Source: Desulfobacterales bacterium (lineage in GTDB: Bacteria; Desulfobacterota; Desulfobacteria; Desulfobacterales; SURF-7). Taken from it: DNA of 64,000 nucleotides. Shown here in pieces: positions 28,696 to 37,815 of the stretch (position 1 is its first letter; each line of letters begins with the position of its first letter). Position numbers and translations under genes: made by a program. The stretch covers positions 45,468 through 109,467 of the forward strand of contig JAWOIJ010000053.1 in assembly GCA_046484745.1 (NCBI GenBank), in the 5' to 3' direction. The notes under the pieces were generated by a model that saw only the letters and a program-made list of their open reading frames with translations, did not search any database and had not been told where the DNA came from.

Positions 28696-29900
28696 ATTTC
28701 CTTGAAACCTTCCGGGTGGCCTTTGAGGCGATCCTGTCCAACAAGGTGCGTTCAGGGCTGACCATGCTCGGCGTCATCATCGGTGTCATGGCGGTGATTC
28801 TGCTTGTATCCATCGGTGAAGGTGCACGGACCTACATCACCAAAGAACTGACCGGACTCGGGACAAACCTTCTCATCATCACGCCCGGCAAGACCAGCAC
28901 CAGCGGGGGATTTCACCCGCCGTCGGCTGGAACCGTCCGCAAATTGACCTATGATGATTCATTGGCGCTCAAACGTCGCGCCTGGCTTTTAACCGACGCG
29001 GTCCCCATCGTGTTCGGGACGGGCAAGATTAAGTACGAAAACCTTGGGCGCGATACCAGCATAATCGGCACGACCAAGGAATTTGAACGCGTGCGGAATC
29101 TCTTTGTGGATACCGGTTCTTTCATATCTCAGGGGGATGTGGATTCCAAGGCCAAAGTTGTCGTCCTGGGTAGAACCGTAAAAGATGAACTGTTCGGAGA
29201 AGAAAGCCCGCTCGGAAAAATAGTCCGACTGGCAGATGCGCGTTACCGGGTTGTGGGCGTCATGCGGAAAAAGGGAACGAGTCTTGGATGGGATATCGAT
29301 GATGTGGTCTTCATTCCCGTGACGAGCGGCCAGGAGCTTTTCGATACCGACGGATTGTTCGAAATTCTCGCCTCCACGCCGCGGGCCGAGGATGTCGAGC
29401 GCGCCATCGATCAGGTAAAAAACATTCTCATCCGGCGCCATGCCCACAAGGAGGATTTTACCATCCAGACCCAGGGGGCTATTTTGGAGACCATGAACAC
29501 CATCCTCGGCGTATTGACCGCGGTGTTAGGCGGCATTGCCGGCATTTCGCTTCTGGTGGGGGGGATCGGCATCATGAACATCATGCTCGTTTCAGTGCGC
29601 GAACGTACACGGGAGATCGGAATCCGCAAGGCTCTCGGCGCCCGCAACCAGGACATCATGGCCCAATTCATCGTCGAGGCCATTACCCTGAGCGGCGCCG
29701 GCGGGGTTATCGGCATCTTTATCGGGGTCGGCCTGGCCTTTGTCATTCCTGTGTTCGTGACCGTTCTGCCTACCAGTGTCTCGGCCTGGTCCATTATCAT
29801 GGCCTTTACCTTTTCCGTTGCCGTCGGGGTGTTCTTCGGCGTTTACCCCGCGCGCAAGGCAGCTCTCCAGGATCCCATTCAGGCGCTTCGGTATGAGTAG
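28692..29900 (+). CDS. ABC transporter permease, MacB/FtsX-like
   Basis: TM1, a large periplasmic MacB_PCD-like domain, then an FtsX 3-TM bundle (REIGIRKALGARNQDIMAQF). Overlaps the ATPase gene by 4 nt. Confidence 0.9.
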   Translation: MNFLETFRVAFEAILSNKVRSGLTMLGVIIGVMAVILLVSIGEGARTYITKELTGLGTNLLIITPGKTSTSGGFHPPSAGTVRKLTYDDSLALKRRAWLLTDAVPIVFGTGKIKYENLGRDTSIIGTTKEFERVRNLFVDTGSFISQGDVDSKAKVVVLGRTVKDELFGEESPLGKIVRLADARYRVVGVMRKKGTSLGWDIDDVVFIPVTSGQELFDTDGLFEILASTPRAEDVERAIDQVKNILIRRHAHKEDFTIQTQGAILETMNTILGVLTAVLGGIAGISLLVGGIGIMNIMLVSVRERTREIGIRKALGARNQDIMAQFIVEAITLSGAGGVIGIFIGVGLAFVIPVFVTVLPTSVSAWSIIMAFTFSVAVGVFFGVYPARKAALQDPIQALRYE

Positions 29901-30064
29901 TACGGGTCTCTTTTAATATTTACTTGTATGACGTCAAAACGACAGGTTACGGGCACCCGGGGATAGAATATCCGAATCCCTGCGTGATCCATCACGTTGT
30001 TTCTTGTTTCTCCTGTGTTGTATCATTTTTAGATCCCGTTACCATTAAGGATCATTTCAATTCC

Positions 30065-30093
30065 TTGACACGCGACCGTAATTTGAATATAAA
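30065..30093 (+). promoter_or_regulatory. sigma70-like promoter upstream of the GMC oxidoreductase
   Basis: TTGACA, 17 nt, TATAAA. It would give a ~140-nt leader that contains gttttgtc...gacaaaac pairing. Confidence 0.45.
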
Positions 30094-30238
30094 AAGATAC
30101 TTGAAAAGCAAATTCCGATCACAGGTTTTGTCTGGTGTGAACCACGCAGACTGCCGACAAAACAGACAGTTCCGTCCGAATCGATGCAGCGTAAACCATA
30201 AACCAGGTTGTGTTTAAAATCTATCCATGAGGAAAGCC

Positions 30239-31540
30239 ATGAAGATCAGCAATCAAACGTTTGATGTTATCGTTGTTGGTTCCGGACCCGGCGGTGCCAC
30301 GGTGGCAAGAGATCTGGCAAAAAACGGTAAAAAGGTGCTTATCCTGGAACGCGGACAAAACGCGGAACTCAAAGGCGTATTCTGGCATTATATCCTTTAT
30401 CAATGCATCCCGTTTCAAAGTCTTCTGCTTACACCCCAGCTTCTGGGAATGGTGCGCGGGTTAATCACCGGCGGGAGTTCGGTTTTTTATTACGGTACCT
30501 GCTTTCCAGTGCCGTTCAGCATGCTTGAATCCCATGGTGTGGATATTCGCGGAGAGGTGGAGGAGATCCGCAAGGAGCTTCCCATCGGACCATTGAGGGA
30601 TGATATCATGGGGCCCAAGGCAAAACTGGTAATGAACAGCGCCCGGGCATTGGGATACAAATGGGACAAGCTTGATAAATTTATGGTTCAGGACAGGTTT
30701 GATCCTGATCAACATCCAGCGCATTTTTATTATGGCGATCCCAGGAAAGTGAAATGGAGCGCACGGTTGTTTGTCGAAGAAGCTCTTCAAGACGGCGCTG
30801 TACTGGTAAATCGCGCAAAAGTGAAACAGATAATTGTTGAGAACGGTAAGGCAATCGGGGTTGCGTTTTCCAGATGGGGCAGAAAACACACCGTTTTTGC
30901 ATCGAAGATCGTTGTGGCTGCCGGCGGTATCGGCTCTCCCGTTATTCTGAAAAATTCCGGAATATCCAAAGCCGGGGTTGATTTTTTCTTTGACCCCTTG
31001 ATTTCCGTGGTCGGCTACATCGACGGCATAGACAATAAACCGGAAATACCTATGTCTGCCGGAATGCATGTGCGCGAAGAAGGGTATATGATGACGGATA
31101 TGGACCTTCCAAAAATGCTGGATATGATCTTTACGCTTTCCGCCTTCCGGTTTCACAGGATTTTTTCCCATAAAAAAGCGGTCCGTATCATGGTTAAAAT
31201 AAGAGATGATCTGGGCGGGCGAATCGGAAACATGGGCGGCATACGAAAATGGTTGACACGAGACGATGAGAAAAGATTGCAAAGTGGATATAAACGGGCA
31301 GAGAAAATTCTTCGAAAAGCAGGCGCCAGGGAAATATTTAAAACATGGAGGCTGGCGTCTCATCCAGGCGGTACGGTAAAGATTGGAGAATGTGTGGACA
31401 CCAATCTGAAAACCGAATACGACAATCTTTATGTATGTGACTGTTCGGTTATGCCGGAAGCCTGGGGATTGCCGCCGACACTCACCATCCTCGGTCTTGC
31501 AAGGAGATTGTCGAAGCATTTGCTGGATCAGGACAGCTGA
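30239..31540 (+). CDS. GMC-family FAD-dependent oxidoreductase
   Basis: FDVIVVGSGPGGATVARDLAKNGKKVLILERG dinucleotide fold, a central GGIGSP segment and the C-terminal GMC_oxred_C-like LYVCDCSVMP. SD GAGGAAAG precedes ATG 30239. Confidence 0.82.
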   Translation: MKISNQTFDVIVVGSGPGGATVARDLAKNGKKVLILERGQNAELKGVFWHYILYQCIPFQSLLLTPQLLGMVRGLITGGSSVFYYGTCFPVPFSMLESHGVDIRGEVEEIRKELPIGPLRDDIMGPKAKLVMNSARALGYKWDKLDKFMVQDRFDPDQHPAHFYYGDPRKVKWSARLFVEEALQDGAVLVNRAKVKQIIVENGKAIGVAFSRWGRKHTVFASKIVVAAGGIGSPVILKNSGISKAGVDFFFDPLISVVGYIDGIDNKPEIPMSAGMHVREEGYMMTDMDLPKMLDMIFTLSAFRFHRIFSHKKAVRIMVKIRDDLGGRIGNMGGIRKWLTRDDEKRLQSGYKRAEKILRKAGAREIFKTWRLASHPGGTVKIGECVDTNLKTEYDNLYVCDCSVMPEAWGLPPTLTILGLARRLSKHLLDQDS

Positions 31541-31668
31541 CAGCCGCCTGAACCGGAGCCGTCCCGTTCGAGCCCCGAATGATCGGCAGAGACCGGCATG
31601 AGGCGCAGAAAGGGATGGTTGTTTTGCAACAAAAAGAATGATGATAACAATAGGGGAATGGTGAAAAA

Positions 31669-31956
31669 ATGGAAAAAATATTCAATGGAAAAAAAACAGC
31701 GAAATTGGGCACGAAAAAGAATCCTGCTGTTGTCAATGTACAAACAGAAAAAAGAGTGAAAGAACTGGGATCCGTATTTAAAAAAAATGGTTGGGAATAT
31801 ACCATTGAATTGGAGCCGGATAAACCCGAGGATATTGCAAACCTGGAGATATTGTTGAATCCCCAGAAAACAACGATTGTTGAAAAAAAAGTGGGCCGCA
31901 ATGAACCCTGCCCCTGTGGAAGCGGTAAAAAGTATAAAAAATGTTGTGGCGAATAA
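31669..31956 (+). CDS. SEC-C metal-binding motif protein
   Basis: C-terminal [18 protein letters not shown]. 95 aa. Confidence 0.75.
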   Translation: MEKIFNGKKTAKLGTKKNPAVVNVQTEKRVKELGSVFKKNGWEYTIELEPDKPEDIANLEILLNPQKTTIVEKKVGRNEPCPCGSGKKYKKCCGE

Positions 31957-32062
31957 GATTTTTTCATTCCGGGAATCAAGCCGCACATAACCACTTTCTT
32001 TGCAGTAATTCGAGATGTTACGGATAAATGGTCGGAAAGCCCATGCCAGGAGAGAGCAGATC

Positions 32063-32449
32063 ATGAAGAAAAACGATTCCAATAAAAACCGCGCGGAAAG
32101 CATCGTCGCCGAGGCACGCAGAAATCAAATGCAGCGTGAGCAGGGCTATCGAGAGCAGGCGCTCAAACTGTTTCCCCACATCTGCGGCCGCTGCGGACGT
32201 GAATTCAGCGGGAAACGGGTACGCGAACTCACCGTTCATCATAAGGATCACAACCACGACAACAACCCCCGGGATGGCAGTAACTGGGAGCTGCTTTGCC
32301 TCTACTGCCATGACAATGAACACTCACGACTTGAGGTTGCCGAAGCATACGATCACTCGGCGTCCTTCGAACCTTCGGAGTCTACATCTTCCGGTTTCAA
32401 AGCCTTTGCCGGACTCGATGCGCTGCTTAAACAAAAAAACAACAAATAG
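32063..32449 (+). CDS. yajD: YajD-family HNH endonuclease-like protein
   Basis: CGRCGREF...LTVHHKDHNHDNNPRDGSNWELLCLYCHDNEH. SD AGGAGAGA precedes ATG 32063; the track start 32015 is upstream. Confidence 0.8.
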   Translation: MKKNDSNKNRAESIVAEARRNQMQREQGYREQALKLFPHICGRCGREFSGKRVRELTVHHKDHNHDNNPRDGSNWELLCLYCHDNEHSRLEVAEAYDHSASFEPSESTSSGFKAFAGLDALLKQKNNK

Positions 32450-32796
32450 AACGGGCCATACGGCATGGCGGATAGGTGGCGCTGCAGAAGAAGAAAAGAA
32501 CGATGCATATGAACGCTGTTACCTGAAAACGAAGAGATGGTTGAAAAATCAGGGTGTAATAACCTGCCTGGATCATACTTAAAAACATAATTCGATCTGA
32601 AAAATACGATTATGATGCGAATAATGTGGTTTTGATGGCATGACCTATGGTAGAGAATAACATACGGTCGGATGACAATGGGATAAATCAGGTGGGAAAA
32701 AGCTGCGCTGTTGATGAGGTACTGCTTTTCTCTGCCGGTTATTTGAAACACCGGGTGATGTGAAATTTTTATAATTTATTACAAAAGGAGATTCGG

Positions 32797-33210
32797 ATGA
32801 AGATCTATGTGGGGAATTTGTCGTACGATGTCACCGAAGGGGACTTGCGGCAGGCGTTAGAAGAATTCGGGCAGGTTGAATCCGCCACCATTATAAAAGA
32901 CAAGTATAGTGGTCAATCAAAAGGATTTGGATTCGTGGAGATGCCCTCGAAAGATGAGGGGCAGTCTGCAATCGATGGCCTGAATGGCAAAGAATTCAAA
33001 GGAAGAACGCTTAACGTAAATGAGGCTCGCCCTCGAACTGAAAGTCGGGGCCCCAGAGGCGGACAGGGCGGCGGCAGAGGCGGACAGGGCGGCGGCAGAG
33101 GTGGACAAGGCGGCGGCAGAGGCGGTCAGGGCGGCGGAAGAGGTGGCCAGGGCGGCGGTGGCAGAGATGGTGATCGAGGAGGACCAAGAGGCGGCGGCCG
33201 CAGCTATTAA
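32797..33210 (+). CDS. RRM-domain RNA-binding protein with a C-terminal RGG/Gly-rich repeat tail
   Basis: RNP2 KIYVGNLSY and RNP1 KGFGFVEM, then a GGQGGGR x5 tail. SD AAAGGAGA. Confidence 0.9.
   Translation: MKIYVGNLSYDVTEGDLRQALEEFGQVESATIIKDKYSGQSKGFGFVEMPSKDEGQSAIDGLNGKEFKGRTLNVNEARPRTESRGPRGGQGGGRGGQGGGRGGQGGGRGGQGGGRGGQGGGGRDGDRGGPRGGGRSY
33058..33165 (+). repeat. In-frame 21-bp tandem repeat (about 5 units) encoding GGQGGGR
   Basis: ggcggacagggcggcggcaga repeated head-to-tail with a few synonymous or near-synonymous changes. The last unit is one codon longer. Confidence 0.9.
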
Positions 33211-33343
33211 CCATCAATATTCAACAGACCTGATTGCAATCATATGAAATTTTGTTTAAAATCTCTATGGCCTTCGGTTGTCACTAAAAAACTACTCCCA
33301 TAGATCAGAATAATCAAAAAAGTCAAATCTCCATCTTGAATTG

Positions 33344-33410
33344 CCTGGTTTGTAACCCCACGGTTCGCGCGTGGGGTTACAAACTGAAACCAGGGGCTTC
33401 GGGGCTTCGT
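33344..33410. repeat. Hairpin-containing intergenic repeat, copy A
   Basis: Perfect 11-bp stem gtaaccccacg / cgtggggttac (7-nt loop), extendable by cctggttt / aaaccagg, followed by caaactgaaaccaggggc. It shares cgtggggt..caaact.aaaccag.ggc with copy B at 37586. Confidence 0.6.
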
Positions 33411-33728
33411 GCTGTTTTCAAAGGCCGTTGCCCGCGAGTTGAATTTTCGCATCAGCTCGCCGCAGGCGGATCGTTGCGGGTGGTGGTTTGCCCGGATTTT
33501 TTTGTGCTTCGATATTTTTATTTTTCCGCAACTGCAAATTTTAAAACTGTTACAAATTATTGACGATTTTTAAATCTTCTGCTACCAGTATATTTCAACA
33601 CTGCTGCATTGAAACCGATCCTGCGGCACAGCTCAGAATCAGTCGGATTGGTTATGATATTTTCGATCGTATAAAAGTTGAGAACCGTTAATTGCACTGA
33701 ATACTACTATCCGAACAAGGTATCAAAA

Positions 33729-35201
33729 ATGTATAGAGAGGATTTTATAAAAGAGCTGAGATCAGAGCTGCTGGATCTGGTTGAGAAACATCTTTCACCG
33801 ATTGCAAAACGATATAATTACAGTGAGACGCCACTGGAAACCACCATCAGGTGGCGGCCTCTTGTGCTGGTTTTGGGCAATTATTCATCCGGAAAATCAG
33901 CACTGATCAATGAATTTTTAGGTGCGGATATTCAGGCGACCGGACAGGCGCCAACAGATGATTCGTTTACCATTCTGACGCATGGTGATGCTGACGCTTC
34001 TGTCAATCGTATTCATGTTACAGAAGAACGGGACGGCAAATACCTGCTGAATGATCCAAAATACCCTTTTCAGAATTTAAAAAGACACGGGCAGCGATTT
34101 GCTTCTCATTTCCGGCTGAAGAAGGTTAATTCACCCATACTGAAAAATTTTGCTCTCATCGATACACCCGGAATGCTGGACAGTATCGCCGAACAGGACA
34201 GGGGATATAACTTTCAGGAAGTAATCGGTGATCTGGCTCAGATCGCCGACCTTATTCTTGTGCTGTTTGATGCCCACAAGGCTGGAACCATTCGGGAGAC
34301 GCACATCAGCCTGAGAGATACCCTGCCTGCTCACACATTTGAAGATCGGGTAATTTTTGTGTTGAACCGTATTGATGAATGTTCATCCCTTGCGGATCTT
34401 CTTCGGGTTTATGGCACGCTTTGCTGGAATCTTTCTCAGATTACCGGCCGCAAAGATATTCCCATGATTCGGCTTACCTATTCACCCAGCGCAGCAGCCA
34501 ATTCCATGGATCAGCAAAATCCGGAAACCGGCTACCTGAGATATCTCAAGAACCAGAGAGAAGATTTGAAAAAGGCTGTACTGGAGGCTCCACGGCACCG
34601 GCTCGATAATCTGGCAAGTTTTGTTGAACTCCATTCAGAGCGGCTGTCTAATTATATTGAGGCACTTGTGAGCTATGGAAAGAAGCGTCGAAGGTTTTTT
34701 ATAAAACAATTTTTTATGGGGCTGTTTCCCAGCATCGGCGCCGGCGCGGCCGCAATGTCTCTTTTGCTCAATTTTGGATTGATGGGATGGTTTCCGCCTC
34801 CCGTGATGCTGGGTATCGGCGGCGGCATTTCCATTTTTTTCCTTTTTCTATGGTTAGCTTTTTTCAGCCGGATGCTGGTGAAACGGTTTCACAGAAAACA
34901 GGTAAAGAAGATCGATAACCTGGTTTCTCTGGACAATCAGAGTCTCCGGGACAGTTGGGCTGCTGTCCGGGATCTGGCAATAAAATATCTGGAAAAAACA
35001 GAGGGCAAATTTTCTCTGTGGCGTATGGAAGATGATTATTTCGCTGTCAAAAGAATCCTGGAAGAGGGAACAAAAGAAATTCGAGAGACAATCAGTGAAA
35101 TTGCAGCGATTCCCCCGGGTGAACGGGTAGACAATCCTCCAGGCCCTTTTCTATCCGCGCTTGCCAGACAGATGAATGAGCCCGATGCCGCTTTCCGATG
35201 A
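33729..35201 (+). CDS. EHD-like dynamin-superfamily NTPase with a C-terminal membrane hairpin
   Basis: P-loop GNYSSGKS (33876..33899), LIDTPGMLDS, RGYNF, LILVLFDAHK, VLNRID, LLRVYGTLCWNL. Two adjacent hydrophobic segments (...FFMGLFPSIGAGAAAMSLLLNFGLMGWFPPPVMLGIGGGISIFFLFLWLAFF...). The track start is TTG 33678; I prefer ATG 33729. Confidence 0.8.
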   Translation: MYREDFIKELRSELLDLVEKHLSPIAKRYNYSETPLETTIRWRPLVLVLGNYSSGKSALINEFLGADIQATGQAPTDDSFTILTHGDADASVNRIHVTEERDGKYLLNDPKYPFQNLKRHGQRFASHFRLKKVNSPILKNFALIDTPGMLDSIAEQDRGYNFQEVIGDLAQIADLILVLFDAHKAGTIRETHISLRDTLPAHTFEDRVIFVLNRIDECSSLADLLRVYGTLCWNLSQITGRKDIPMIRLTYSPSAAANSMDQQNPETGYLRYLKNQREDLKKAVLEAPRHRLDNLASFVELHSERLSNYIEALVSYGKKRRRFFIKQFFMGLFPSIGAGAAAMSLLLNFGLMGWFPPPVMLGIGGGISIFFLFLWLAFFSRMLVKRFHRKQVKKIDNLVSLDNQSLRDSWAAVRDLAIKYLEKTEGKFSLWRMEDDYFAVKRILEEGTKEIRETISEIAAIPPGERVDNPPGPFLSALARQMNEPDAAFR

Positions 35202-35262
35202 TACACCTTTACGGGTTTTGGAGTCGTTTTTCAATATGTGACAGGGAGGGCGGTGAGAACGG

Positions 35263-35667
35263 ATGAAAGGATCAAAGATGAAATCATTCATAAACGCGGC
35301 AATATCCATTCTTTTCCTGACCGGCATCATTTTGAGTTGTGAAAGTTCAAAGACCGAACTCTCCTTTCAGGACATTCCGCATTACCCCGCATCCATACCG
35401 GAGCAGCACATGGAAGGTTCCGGATTTTCCGAAACAGCAGGGGAGGAGCTTAAACTGCTTTCTACAACCGACCCGTTTAAAACCGTCGTCGCATTTTATA
35501 CGGATGAACTGAATCAATACAATCCGGAAGTCATATCCCAGGCTTCCGAACCGGGGCGGCAGACGGCAATAACCGTCAAGCAGGGAACAAAGGTGTTAAC
35601 CGTGGTAATCAAGGAGCATGGTAAGGAAGGAAGGGTTGTGATAACCCATATGGCTGCGGGGGAATGA
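35263..35667 (+). CDS. small lipoprotein, unknown function
   Basis: Signal peptide with lipobox GIILSC; about 110 aa mature. ATG 35278 is an alternative start. Confidence 0.6.
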   Translation: MKGSKMKSFINAAISILFLTGIILSCESSKTELSFQDIPHYPASIPEQHMEGSGFSETAGEELKLLSTTDPFKTVVAFYTDELNQYNPEVISQASEPGRQTAITVKQGTKVLTVVIKEHGKEGRVVITHMAAGE

Positions 35668-35790
35668 GTGTTTTTGTATAACATCCCTGATTGATTCCCG
35701 CAGCACATCGCTTAAGGAAAATTTAAAAATGAGAAAATGTTTCATTCAGAATATCCATCATTCTGGAAAAATCAATAAGGAATTCATCCC

Positions 35791-36960
35791 ATGAACATCA
35801 CGGTTAATTTTTCAAAACGGATTGAACGCATGCGGCAGGAAATGGAAAGGCAGGGCATCGATGTTTTCATCGGAACACGCATGGCCAGCGTCACTTTTGT
35901 CTCCGGGGCTTTTGTGCCGTGGCGGGGAGCGGTGGTTGTATCACGGGACGGATACACCGGGCTGGTCAATTTTCTGATAGATCAGGAGCGTGTAAAAGCC
36001 GAATCCTGGCTGGACAATGTTGTGGCCTATGCGCCTATTCCCGGAATGGACATGCTGGACATCGTTGTGAGCCAGATAAAGGCAAACGGTTTGGATAAGT
36101 CCAAAATCGGCGTGGAGCTAGGGCATTCACCCAGAGGAAATACAGGGTATCTGACATCCACCGAATATGACCTGCTCCGGGAAAACCTTTCAGAGGCGAC
36201 ATTTGTCAACTCTATTTCCGTGGTCGATCGGGCCGGATATATCAAGGACCCCGAAGAGATTATGCTCATGCGACAGGCCACGGCCATGGCCGACAGCGCT
36301 ATTGATGCTGTGCGCGAGGCTTTATGCATCGGAATGACCGAGGCCGAAGCAGCGGGGATCGGTGAAATGGAGCTGAGACGACTGGGCAGTGAATATCACT
36401 GGGCGGTAACCGGGTCCACCGAGGCGGCCTCGGGATACCGCACGGCCTACAACATGTGCGGTACCACACAGCCCACGGGTAAAATCCTGCAGGCCGGTGA
36501 TAACGTGATTGTCGACTTTCATCCAATGTACCGGACCTTCATGTCTGACCTGTCTCACAATTTCATTCTGGGAAAACCCACATCGGAGCAGCAGAAGCTG
36601 GCTGACGCCTTTCTGAGAGCAGCAATGAAACTGGTTGACTCCATGAAGGCCGGAAACACCGTGGGCCAAGTGTGGCATGCCGTAAATGATCAGCTCACCA
36701 AAGATGGATATATCCAGTTTGCCGTGCCGTTTTTCGGTCACGGTCTAGGTGTTCTGGGTCATGAGTGGTATCCGCCCATCGGAAACAGCGAAGAATATAT
36801 CAACATTGTCTTCGAAGAAAATGTTATCGAGGTTGGCTTTTTATCCATAACAATTCCGAAAGTAGGTGGTATGCGCCTGGAGTGCCCCATACGAGTTACG
36901 GCATCCGGCGGAGAGATGCTTTCATCCACGCCCCTTGCCGCGACCGTGATCGCTCTATAA
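35791..36960 (+). CDS. M24-family metallopeptidase (Xaa-Pro dipeptidase/creatinase-like)
   Basis: Creatinase-like N-domain plus a pita-bread C-domain with metal-ligand contexts VIVDFHP, FMSDLSHNF, FGHGLG and EENVIEVG. Confidence 0.8.
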   Translation: MNITVNFSKRIERMRQEMERQGIDVFIGTRMASVTFVSGAFVPWRGAVVVSRDGYTGLVNFLIDQERVKAESWLDNVVAYAPIPGMDMLDIVVSQIKANGLDKSKIGVELGHSPRGNTGYLTSTEYDLLRENLSEATFVNSISVVDRAGYIKDPEEIMLMRQATAMADSAIDAVREALCIGMTEAEAAGIGEMELRRLGSEYHWAVTGSTEAASGYRTAYNMCGTTQPTGKILQAGDNVIVDFHPMYRTFMSDLSHNFILGKPTSEQQKLADAFLRAAMKLVDSMKAGNTVGQVWHAVNDQLTKDGYIQFAVPFFGHGLGVLGHEWYPPIGNSEEYINIVFEENVIEVGFLSITIPKVGGMRLECPIRVTASGGEMLSSTPLAATVIAL

Positions 36961-36992
36961 TTTGTCCATACCAAAGACGGGAAAATCGGGAT

Positions 36993-37583
36993 ATGAAAAA
37001 TTTTCTGCTTTGCTTTGTCCCCTTTTTTGTGGCGGTTGACGCCGTCGGTGTGCTGCCCATTTTTCTTGGATTGACCGAGGGACTCGATTCCCGTCAGCGC
37101 AGACGCATTATCTTTCAATCTCTGATAACCGCATCCGCTGTTGCAATTATGTTCCTGCTTGGAGGGCCTTTTGTGCTGGCTCTTGTTGGCGTGGGTGTTT
37201 CTGATTTCATGCTGGCCGGCGGTATCCTGCTGCTCGCAATATCCCTTTCAGACCTTATTACAGGAGAGAAACGGCAACGGACAGTAGATCCTGATACGAT
37301 AGGGGCTGTACCCATAGGTGTTCCGTTAATCAGCGGACCGGCAGTATTGACCACCGCGGTTCTTCTCGCAAATGAGCATGGAATCGCTCCTGCTTCCGCT
37401 GCTTTGCTCGTGAATATCGGTATTGCCGGAGTTGTTTTTTCATTTGCAAAAGCCATCGAGCGTTTTCTGGGTAATGCCGGAAGTAAAACCCTGTCTAAGG
37501 TCGCAAGCCTTTTTCTGGCTTCAATTGCCGTTATGTTAATACGGAAGGGCATCTTCGAGATTTTACACGTTATGCCGAAATGA
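36993..37583 (+). CDS. MarC-family (UPF0056) integral membrane protein
   Basis: FVPFFVAVDAVGVLPIFLGLT..., six predicted TM helices, 196 aa. The track ORF from 36765 overlaps the M24 gene and is rejected. Confidence 0.85.
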   Translation: MKNFLLCFVPFFVAVDAVGVLPIFLGLTEGLDSRQRRRIIFQSLITASAVAIMFLLGGPFVLALVGVGVSDFMLAGGILLLAISLSDLITGEKRQRTVDPDTIGAVPIGVPLISGPAVLTTAVLLANEHGIAPASAALLVNIGIAGVVFSFAKAIERFLGNAGSKTLSKVASLFLASIAVMLIRKGIFEILHVMPK

Positions 37584-37585
37584 TT

Positions 37586-37650
37586 GTTTGAAATCAAACC
37601 TCACGCTATGCGTGGGGTCCGCAAACTTAAACCAGAGGCATTTCATGCCA
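37586..37650. repeat. Hairpin-containing intergenic repeat, copy B (possible terminator of the MarC gene)
   Basis: gtttgaaatcaaac, then cctcacgc-tat-gcgtgggg, then tccgcaaacttaaaccagaggc, then ggcat-ttc-atgcc and a T-rich run. It starts 3 nt after the stop. Confidence 0.55.
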
Positions 37651-37815
37651 TCTTTAATTTTTTCAATCAGGTATCAAGTTGATATTTTTATATTTGATTT
37701 CATATAGTTACGGTTTAGTTCTATCCCGGAATGGAAGTAATTTTTTTTTGAGATAGCTTGTAATAACCATTCGATAGGTTAACGTTGGAAATGATCCAAA
37801 AGAAAGGGATTCACC

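Noticed and set aside
31482-32103. 170-191-aa minus-strand ORFs opposite the SEC-C gene
   Set aside because: They are Phe/Ser-rich and low-complexity, a consequence of the A-rich sense strand. They overlap the SEC-C gene, which has a clear motif.
33058-33165. Regular 21-bp repeats considered as a possible CRISPR or minisatellite
   Set aside because: The units are contiguous without spacers and in frame within the RRM gene (GGQGGGR). This is a coding tandem repeat.
36765-36992. 5' extension of the MarC ORF in the track (start 36765)
   Set aside because: It overlaps the last 195 nt of the M24 peptidase gene and encodes an Arg/Cys-rich non-membrane leader. ATG 36993 gives the canonical MarC N-terminus.
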